Source: Myxococcota bacterium (GTDB taxonomy: Bacteria; Myxococcota_A; UBA796; UBA2385). Taken from it: DNA of 64,000 nucleotides. Under the pieces are notes generated by a model that saw nothing but the letters and a program-made list of their open reading frames with translations, had not been told where the DNA came from and did not search any database. Position 1 is the first letter of the stretch; every line of letters begins with the position of its first letter. Positions 57,287 through 64,000 of this stretch are shown here, one piece after another. Both the position numbers and the translations under genes were made by a program. The stretch is taken from assembly GCA_044344255.1 (NCBI GenBank), contig JBIJDH010000011.1, positions 64,001 through 128,000 on the forward strand, read 5' to 3'.

Positions 57287-58488
57287 GCCTCCGCGGCGGC
57301 CTGGGCCTCTTCCTGCTCGCCCTGGTCATCCGGCTCGGCGGGGTGGTCTCTTGGGGCCGCCTCCACTTCGACGGCCACGAGCGACAGCTGGTGGGCGCGC
57401 TCAGCGGTCCGAGCCCCGATCCCGGGCCGGCGGCCTGGCCCCTCGCGAGCGCCCTCGTCCACACGATGGGAGCGCTCGGGCTCTCCGATCCGCGCGCCCT
57501 GGTGGCGCTCGCCGCGGCGGTGGGGAGCCTCGGGGTGGTGCTGTCGGCCGCGCTCGCAGGGCAGGTCTTCGATCGGCGGACCGCCCTCTGGACCGGGCTC
57601 CTCGTCTCGGTCCTCCCCGAGCAGGCCGCCTGGAGCACGAGCGTCTATCCGGTCATCGTCGGGCACACGCTGCTGGTCGGCACCCTCGCCTGTCGGCGCC
57701 CGGTCGCCGCCGCGCTGTGCGGGCTCCTCGCCACCGCCTTCCGCCCCGAGCTGGCGCCGCTGCTGCTCCTCCGCGGCCTGCCCGGGCTGCCGGGGACGGC
57801 GGCGGGCCTGCTCTGGATCGGTGTCTACGTCGAGGCGGGGCCCTCCGACCCACTGCGGGCGCTGATCTTCAACCTGCCGCTCCTCTCCTTCATCGGGCCG
57901 ACCACCCTGCTCGTGGGCCTCTACGCCCTGCGGGAGGTCCGGGGTCGGCGCCTCGCCCTCGGGCTGCTCGCCACCCACCTCATCGGCGGCCTCTTCGACG
58001 ACTATGGGGCCCGTCACGCGCTCCTCGCCGGGGTGCTCGGCTGCGTGCTCGCCGCCCGCGCGGCCACCACCGCCGGCCCCCGGCTGGGGCCCGCCCTCGG
58101 CCTCGTCGCCCTCACGGGCGGGGTCCTCGGCACCGTCGACCTCGCTCACCGCTGGAACAACCGCGCCGGCCTCGAGGACCGGACCCTCGCCCGCCTCCCG
58201 TCCCTGCCGGCCGACTGCCAAGAGGTCTCCGAGGAGCCGCCGATCGAGGGCCAGCGCCTCCCCTCGGCCTTCGCCTGCCCGGCCCCCGACTTCACCGGCT
58301 GCGTGGTGTGGGGGGAGGAGGCCCAACACCGGGCCTGGTCGAGCCGCGGGCTCCGCGACCGGGCCACCCGGATGCGCCTCTGGTTTGACCTCGAGCCCCT
58401 CGCGGCGCTCGACCCCGGGCCGGGGCGGCCCCTCCGGGTCTATCAGCGGCTCGAGCCTCGCCTCTGGCTGCCCTGCCTCGGAGACTGA
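57283..58488 (+). CDS. Polytopic membrane protein (GT-C-like), translationally coupled to the kinase
   Basis: GTGA start/stop overlap, multiple TM helices and FDGHE after the first TM segment. Confidence 0.65.
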   Translation: MSLRGGLGLFLLALVIRLGGVVSWGRLHFDGHERQLVGALSGPSPDPGPAAWPLASALVHTMGALGLSDPRALVALAAAVGSLGVVLSAALAGQVFDRRTALWTGLLVSVLPEQAAWSTSVYPVIVGHTLLVGTLACRRPVAAALCGLLATAFRPELAPLLLLRGLPGLPGTAAGLLWIGVYVEAGPSDPLRALIFNLPLLSFIGPTTLLVGLYALREVRGRRLALGLLATHLIGGLFDDYGARHALLAGVLGCVLAARAATTAGPRLGPALGLVALTGGVLGTVDLAHRWNNRAGLEDRTLARLPSLPADCQEVSEEPPIEGQRLPSAFACPAPDFTGCVVWGEEAQHRAWSSRGLRDRATRMRLWFDLEPLAALDPGPGRPLRVYQRLEPRLWLPCLGD

Positions 58489-58516
58489 GGGCCCCGCCGA
58501 TCCGGGAGGGGGGCGT

Positions 58517-60853
58517 TCAGGTCGAGGAGGGCCGACCGAGGGCCGGGGCCCGCTGGCCGCGGAGGTGGGCCAGCACGACGCGGATCTGCGGATAGGGGAC
58601 AGCGCCGCCGAGCCGCTCGAAGATGGGCTTGAGGCGGTCGTGACCCAGCTCGTCGGCCGCCGCGGCCACCCGGCCGTAGGTGAGGCGGTCCACCCAGGCG
58701 AAGACGGCGGCGGGGCGCTCGTGCTCGATGTACTCGACCAGGATCTGGAGGGCGGTGGCGGCGGTGCGGCCGGTCTCGCTGGCGAAGGCCTCGATCGACA
58801 GGCCGCGCGAATAGAGGGCGAACAGCTTCTTGCGGGCCGCGGTGGGGGCGCGCTCCGGCTCGGGCGAGTCCGCAGGCTCGGGCTTGGCCGGCGCCGACGG
58901 GGCCCTCGCGCTGGCGGGGCGAGAGCCGGGCGCAGCGTCGGTGGGCAGCCCCCGCTCGGCGCACCAGGCGGCGATGTGCGCAAGGAAGCGAGCGCCGAAG
59001 CGCTCGACCTTCTGATCGCCGATGCCGCGCACCTTCACGAGGGTGTCAGGCGCCCCGGGCCGCGCCCGTGCCATCTCTTCGAGCGAGGCGTCGGTGAACA
59101 CGAGGTAGGGCGGAACGCCGAGACCCTGGGCCACCTCTCGCCGCAGCGCCCGCAGCGACTCGAAGAGGGCGTGTGCGGTGTCATCGAGGGCCAGGGCCTC
59201 CTCTCCGACGATGTTGGTCCGGCGCCGCCCCTTGTCGGCGGCCTGGAGGGCCTCGGCCGACCGCATCCGACAGAGCCGAACCGGCTCCAGCCCCTTGAGC
59301 ACCCGGAGGCCGTGCGCGGTGAGGGCGAGCACCGGATAGGGGCCCTCGGCGCGGACGAGCGCGTCTTGATCGACGAGCTGGCCGATGTAGGTGATGAGCT
59401 GGTCGCGCTCGATGTCGCGGAGGAGGCCCCAGGTGGACAGCTGATCGTGCCCCCGCTCGGTGATCCGCGCGAGGCGGGCCCCGCGGAGGACATCGGCGAT
59501 GTAGGCGGCGCCGTAGATGTCGCCGCGGCTGCCGGCCAATCGGATGACGCAGGAGAGGATCTTCTTCGTGATGGTGGCCGCGTCCTCGACCTCCTCCAGC
59601 TCGGACAGACAGACATCGCAGGCGCCACAGGGCCCATGCTGCCAACCCTGTCCGAAATACTCGACCAGGGCCCGGTGGCGACACCGTGAGCCGCCGGCGA
59701 AGGACTGCATCTGCGTGAGCAGCGCCTTCTGCGCCTGGAGCACCTCGGGGGGAGTGGGCACGCCGCCCTCCTCGGGGCCGCGCTCCATGATCTGCGCCCA
59801 CTTGACACGGTCGGCGGGTGAATAGAGCAGCACACACTCGGCGGGCATTCCGTCGCGGCCTGCGCGGCCGGTCTCCTGCTGATACCCCTCGATCGACTTG
59901 GGCATCGAGGCGTGCACCACGACGCGGACGTCCCCGCGGTCGATGCCCATGCCGAAGGCGACCGTGGCCACCACCACGCCGAGGCGCTCGCTGATAAAGG
60001 CCTCCTGCACCGCGCTCCGTCGCTTGGGGGTCAGTCCGGCGTGATAGGCCTCCGCCTTGATCCCCCGCTTCTTCAGCGCGTCCACCAGCGCCTCGGTCTG
60101 TTTTCGACTGATACAATAGACGATCGCCGCCGCGCCCGCGTGTCGTCGCAGCACCTCGGCCACCTGCTCCTCGCCCTGCCCCACTCGGGGCATCACCCGA
60201 TAGGTAAGGTTTGGACGATCGAAGTCACCAACCAGGACGGCGGGGTCGCGCATGGCGAGCTGCGCGACGATGTCCTCCCGAACGCGGGGGGTGGCCGTCG
60301 CGGTCGCCGCCAGCACCGGGACCCCCGGCAGCAGGAGGCGAAGCTCGGCGAGGCGGCGATACTCCGGCCGGAAGTCGTGCCCCCACTGGCTGATACAGTG
60401 GGCCTCATCGATGGCGAGGGAGCCCACCCGGTCCGCCACCCGGCCGAGCCAGGCCGCGGTGCCCTCGCTGAAGAGGCGCTCCGGCGAGAGCAGGAGCAGG
60501 CGGAGGGCGCCCGACTCGACGCTGCGGCGCACCGCGGCGGCCTCTGTGGCGCCGATCGCGCTGTGCAGGGAGGCCGCGGGGTAGCCCTCGAGGCGGAGGC
60601 CGTCGACCTGGTCCTTCATGAGCGCGATGAGCGGCGAGACGACGATGCCGAGGGCCGGCTCGCCCGGATCGCGCAGCAGGGGCGGGAGCTGGTAACAGAG
60701 CGACTTGCCGCCGCCGGTGGGCAGCACCACGAGCGTGTCCCGCCGGGCGCTGACGGCCTCGACGGCGGCCCGCTGCAGCGGGCGGAGGGTGTCGAAGCCC
60801 CAGTAGCGGTCGAGGGCCGCGGCGATGCGGCGGTCGAGGGTCTCGGGGCTCAT
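58517..60853 (-). CDS. recQ: ATP-dependent DNA helicase RecQ (RQC, HRDC and a C-terminal HTH)
   Basis: PTGGGKSLCYQLP, SPLIALMKDQV, DEAHCISQWGHDFRPEY, ATVAFGMGID, QETGRAGRDG and VPPYLVF. Confidence 0.96.
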   Translation of the reverse strand: MSPETLDRRIAAALDRYWGFDTLRPLQRAAVEAVSARRDTLVVLPTGGGKSLCYQLPPLLRDPGEPALGIVVSPLIALMKDQVDGLRLEGYPAASLHSAIGATEAAAVRRSVESGALRLLLLSPERLFSEGTAAWLGRVADRVGSLAIDEAHCISQWGHDFRPEYRRLAELRLLLPGVPVLAATATATPRVREDIVAQLAMRDPAVLVGDFDRPNLTYRVMPRVGQGEEQVAEVLRRHAGAAAIVYCISRKQTEALVDALKKRGIKAEAYHAGLTPKRRSAVQEAFISERLGVVVATVAFGMGIDRGDVRVVVHASMPKSIEGYQQETGRAGRDGMPAECVLLYSPADRVKWAQIMERGPEEGGVPTPPEVLQAQKALLTQMQSFAGGSRCRHRALVEYFGQGWQHGPCGACDVCLSELEEVEDAATITKKILSCVIRLAGSRGDIYGAAYIADVLRGARLARITERGHDQLSTWGLLRDIERDQLITYIGQLVDQDALVRAEGPYPVLALTAHGLRVLKGLEPVRLCRMRSAEALQAADKGRRRTNIVGEEALALDDTAHALFESLRALRREVAQGLGVPPYLVFTDASLEEMARARPGAPDTLVKVRGIGDQKVERFGARFLAHIAAWCAERGLPTDAAPGSRPASARAPSAPAKPEPADSPEPERAPTAARKKLFALYSRGLSIEAFASETGRTAATALQILVEYIEHERPAAVFAWVDRLTYGRVAAAADELGHDRLKPIFERLGGAVPYPQIRVVLAHLRGQRAPALGRPSST

Positions 60854-60936
60854 GCGGGCGTCCGGGCGGAAGGCGAGGCACGGTAACGCGGCCTCCCCCG
60901 TAGGGAGAGCGCGGCGCCCCGGCGGGGATAGGGGGC

Positions 60937-62475
60937 GTGCGGGGAGGTGCCGTGGGCGGGAGCAGCGACGTGGTGGTGATCGGAGCCGGCCACAACGGGC
61001 TCGTCGCGGCGGCCCTGCTCTCTCGGGCGGGGCTGTCGGTGACCCTGCTCGAGGCCCACTCCACCCGCCCCGGCGGCGCCCTCTGGACCGAGGAGACCAC
61101 CCTCCCAGGCTTCCGCCACGACGTCGGCGCCTCCTTCTTCCCCTTCGCGCTCAAGAGCGAGGCCCTCCAGGTCCTCGATCCGACCTCGCGCGGCGTGGAG
61201 TGGCGCTGGGGCGACATCGACTCCTGTCACCCCGCCCTGGACGGCACAGAGGCCACCCTCCGCCGCGACCCCACCGGCCGGGCCTCCTCCCTCGGTCACC
61301 CCGCCGATGACGCCGCCTGGCAGGCACTCGTCGCCTGGCACGCCCGGGTGGAGCCCGCGCTCACCCGCCTGTTCCTCGGCGCGCTGCCACCTCGGCCGGC
61401 CGACCTGTGGGACATGGGCCCCTGGAGCCTGCTCAAGCTCGGCACGATGCTCGGCACCAGCGGGCGCCGCCTCAGCCAGCGCCTCTTTCAGGGAGAGCCG
61501 GCCACCCGCGTGCTCCCGGGGCTGGCGCTCCACGTCGACGCCGGCCCCGACGACACCTTCGGGGCCGGCATCGGCTACATGCTCGGCCTCTTCGCGGCCA
61601 CCGGGGGCTTCCCCTTCCCGGCCGGCGGCGCCGATCGGCTGGCCCGGGCCTTGCTCGCCCCCACCCTCGAGGCCGGCGGTGAGCTCCGGCTGGGCTGTCC
61701 AGTCGAGAAGCTCATCGTCCGCGGCGGCCGCGTGGTCGCGGTGCGGACGGCAGACGGAGCGGAGCACGAGGCCCGTCGGGCCGTGCTCGCCGACACCGCC
61801 GCCCCCGCCTTGCTGCTCGACCTGCTCGATCGCGCCGAAGTGCCCGCCCGGGTGGTCCGCGCGATGCAGCGCTTCCCCCAGGGCTGGGGCACCTTCAAGG
61901 TCGATTGGGCAATGTCCGGGTCGGTGCCCTGGCGGAGCGAGGCGGCCCGCCGCTCGGCGGTGGTGCACGCGGGCGAGAACCTCGACGACCTCGCCCGCTT
62001 CACCGCCGAGGTGCGGGCGGGGCGCCTCCCCGAGCAGCCCTACCTCGTCATCGGCCAGCACAGCCTCTTCGACCCCACGCGCGCACCTGCCGGTCAGCAC
62101 ACCCTGCAGGCCTACTCCCGCGTGCCCTCCCGGCCGGAGGGGGGCTGGCCGACCGGCCGGGAGGCCTTCGCCGATCGGATGGAGGCCCGCATTGAAGGGC
62201 TGGCCCCCGGCTTTCGCGCCCTCATCCGCGCCCGCCACATCATGGACCCCACCGACCTCGAGGCGATGGACCGCAACCTCGTGGGCGGCGATCTCGGCGG
62301 CGGCTCGAACGCCTGGCACCGACAGCTCATCTTCCGGCCGGTCTTTCCTTGGTTTCGATATCGGATGCCCGTCCCGAACCTCTATCTGTGCTCATCGTAC
62401 GCGCACCCGGGCGCGGGCGTCCATGGGATGGCCGGCTTCAACGCGGCGAAGCGGGCGCTGGCCGACCTGACTTGA
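60937..62475 (+). CDS. Phytoene dehydrogenase-like NAD(P)/FAD oxidoreductase
   Basis: VVVIGAGHNGLVAA, PGFRHD, N.VGGDL.GG and YLCSSYAHPGAGVHGMAG. Confidence 0.92.
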   Translation: MRGGAVGGSSDVVVIGAGHNGLVAAALLSRAGLSVTLLEAHSTRPGGALWTEETTLPGFRHDVGASFFPFALKSEALQVLDPTSRGVEWRWGDIDSCHPALDGTEATLRRDPTGRASSLGHPADDAAWQALVAWHARVEPALTRLFLGALPPRPADLWDMGPWSLLKLGTMLGTSGRRLSQRLFQGEPATRVLPGLALHVDAGPDDTFGAGIGYMLGLFAATGGFPFPAGGADRLARALLAPTLEAGGELRLGCPVEKLIVRGGRVVAVRTADGAEHEARRAVLADTAAPALLLDLLDRAEVPARVVRAMQRFPQGWGTFKVDWAMSGSVPWRSEAARRSAVVHAGENLDDLARFTAEVRAGRLPEQPYLVIGQHSLFDPTRAPAGQHTLQAYSRVPSRPEGGWPTGREAFADRMEARIEGLAPGFRALIRARHIMDPTDLEAMDRNLVGGDLGGGSNAWHRQLIFRPVFPWFRYRMPVPNLYLCSSYAHPGAGVHGMAGFNAAKRALADLT

Positions 62476-62524
62476 CCCTCCGGCATGGCGGAGCCCGCGC
62501 CGCGCCGCGCCGGAGGGCCGCGGC

Positions 62525-63841
62525 TCAGGCCCCGCTGAGCTCGAGGCCGCCGAAGACGAGCGTGGGGCAGCGGGTGGCGGCGTAGGTCCACGGATCGTTG
62601 CCCACCTCCTGCAGCGCCGCGAAGAGGTCGAGCACGTTGCCGGTGAGGTTCATCTCGCCGACCGGCGCGCCCACCTGGCCCCCCTCGATGCGGTGCCCGC
62701 GAAGGCCGAGCGAGAAGTCTCCGCTCGTCCCGTCCACGTTCCCGCCCAGCCAGGAGGTGACGTAGACGCCGTCTCCTGCTGCCGACAGGAGGGCCGCGAG
62801 GTCGCGGGTCCCGGGCGCGATCACCCGGTTCGAGGCGCTGCCCGTCGTGGGGGCGCGGCCGAGCTTTCGCCCATAGACCGTGTCCACGTAGAGGTTCTGC
62901 AGCGCCCCGTCTCGAATGAGCGGCAGGGGTCTCGCGGCGATGCCCTCTCCGTCCCAGGGGCGGGATGCGAGGCCCCGCTTGAGGAGGGGGTCGTCGGTGA
63001 TGGACAGGAAGGCGGGGAAGCGCTTCTGGCCGAGCTTGTCGGCCCACAGCGAGCGCCCCTGCTGGATAGACTGGGCGTTGGCCGTCCCGAGCAGGTTGGA
63101 GACGAGGCGCCCGCCGACGCGGGGATCGACGACGACCGTCGCGCGGCGGCTCGGCCCCTTTGTGGAGCCGAGGCGGGCGAGGGCCTGGGCGTGCGCGCGG
63201 CTGCCCAGGGTGGCGAGGTCGGGGAGGTCCGCCTTGTGGCGCACCGTGAGGTACCAATCGCCCTCGGGGCGCTTGTCCCCCTCGTCGCGCACGGTGACCT
63301 CGCAGGACAGGCTGATGCTGCTCGTGGCCTGCTGGCCGGCGAAGCCATTGGAGGAGGCGGAGGCCGACTCTCCCCGGCTGTGGCTGAGCTCGGAGGTGGA
63401 GGAGATCACCCGCCCATCGCGGGGGACGGCGGCGTCCATCGTGCGACAGGCCGCCTCGCGCTCCTCGGGGGAGAGGGCGTCGATGCTGGGGTCGTCGAGC
63501 TCGAGCGATGGGGGCGCGCCCGTCGGGAAGAGCCCCGCGTCGGGGATGCGGCGGTCTGGATCGGGCTGAAGGGCCCGCGTCAGGGCCACGGCGTCGGTCA
63601 GGAAGCCCCGCAGCGCCTCCTCGCGGAGGTCGGTGCTCCGGTGGGAGGCCGCGCGCCCGTTCACCCAGAGGTCGATCGACAGGGCGCGGGAGCGGCTCTC
63701 CTGCACCTTCTCCAAGGACCCGTCGCGGAGTCGGGTCTGGACGGAGCGGTGGCGACCCACGCTCGCCCAGGCCTCTTCGGCGCCGGCGGCCTTCGCCATC
63801 TCCAAGGCCCGCCGCGCGAGGTCGAGCAGGGACTCATCCAT
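62525..63841 (-). CDS. pmbA: PmbA/TldE subunit of the TldDE metalloprotease
   Basis: LSITDDP...[15 protein letters not shown] and [16 protein letters not shown]. Follows tldD with an overlapping stop/start. Confidence 0.9.
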   Translation of the reverse strand: MDESLLDLARRALEMAKAAGAEEAWASVGRHRSVQTRLRDGSLEKVQESRSRALSIDLWVNGRAASHRSTDLREEALRGFLTDAVALTRALQPDPDRRIPDAGLFPTGAPPSLELDDPSIDALSPEEREAACRTMDAAVPRDGRVISSTSELSHSRGESASASSNGFAGQQATSSISLSCEVTVRDEGDKRPEGDWYLTVRHKADLPDLATLGSRAHAQALARLGSTKGPSRRATVVVDPRVGGRLVSNLLGTANAQSIQQGRSLWADKLGQKRFPAFLSITDDPLLKRGLASRPWDGEGIAARPLPLIRDGALQNLYVDTVYGRKLGRAPTTGSASNRVIAPGTRDLAALLSAAGDGVYVTSWLGGNVDGTSGDFSLGLRGHRIEGGQVGAPVGEMNLTGNVLDLFAALQEVGNDPWTYAATRCPTLVFGGLELSGA

Positions 63842-64000
63842 GGACACCTCCGACGGTCATCTTCGAGACGAGCACGGTCGGGAGCCCCTGTGACACGGGG
63901 ACCCCCTGTCCGTCCTTGCCGCAGGTCCAGCCTCCCGTGTCGAGGCGGGCGTCATTGGCCACCATCGTCACGTTCCGCAGCGCCTCGGGGCCGTTACCGA
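63834..64000 (-). CDS. tldD: TldD, C-terminal part; runs off the window edge
   Basis: Manual translation: [58 protein letters not shown], with the conserved CGK.GQ.VPV motif. Confidence 0.92.
   Translation of the reverse strand, partial: GNGPEALRNVTMVANDARLDTGGWTCGKDGQGVPVSQGLPTVLVSKMTVGGVHG

Noticed and set aside
62525..64000. TldD/PmbA as part of the peptide/JmjC cluster
   Set aside because: They lie more than 26 kb away and are widespread housekeeping genes. A role in trans is possible, but nothing here supports it.

Overview
A very GC-rich, gene-dense bacterial window. A MYXO-CTERM-type tail, MopE-like Cys/Asp repeats, four Hanks-type kinases and many acidic-linker lipoproteins suggest a Myxococcota/deltaproteobacterial genome (inference). 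I support about 46 CDSs. Housekeeping genes include gmk, rsmI, recQ, pmbA/tldD, a DEAD-box helicase, an ABC-F ATPase, POT and OPT peptide transporters, a beta-carbonic anhydrase and a pirin. These are mixed with accessory signalling and secreted-protein genes. No rRNA, tRNA, CRISPR array, transposase or integrase was seen. The best novel candidate is absent from the ORF track: a 17-codon peptide gene (34546-34599, MKIKSSVRAGGLSIRRL) with an 8-nt Shine-Dalgarno match and a 13-bp GNRA hairpin. It lies directly upstream of a JmjC-type Fe/2OG oxygenase, which looks like a minimal RiPP-like precursor/modifier pair. Other points of interest are a MidA/NDUFAF7-like methyltransferase with RRE-like N-terminal segments; a sigma54-activator / kinase-FGE / caspase-like cluster; a sigma54 promoter with twin palindromes; a 1243-aa beta-rich protein with a TPR partner; a membrane-anchored VgrG-tip-like mini-protein; and repeated short tandem duplications. 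All family calls come from motif recognition by eye. No database searches were run.
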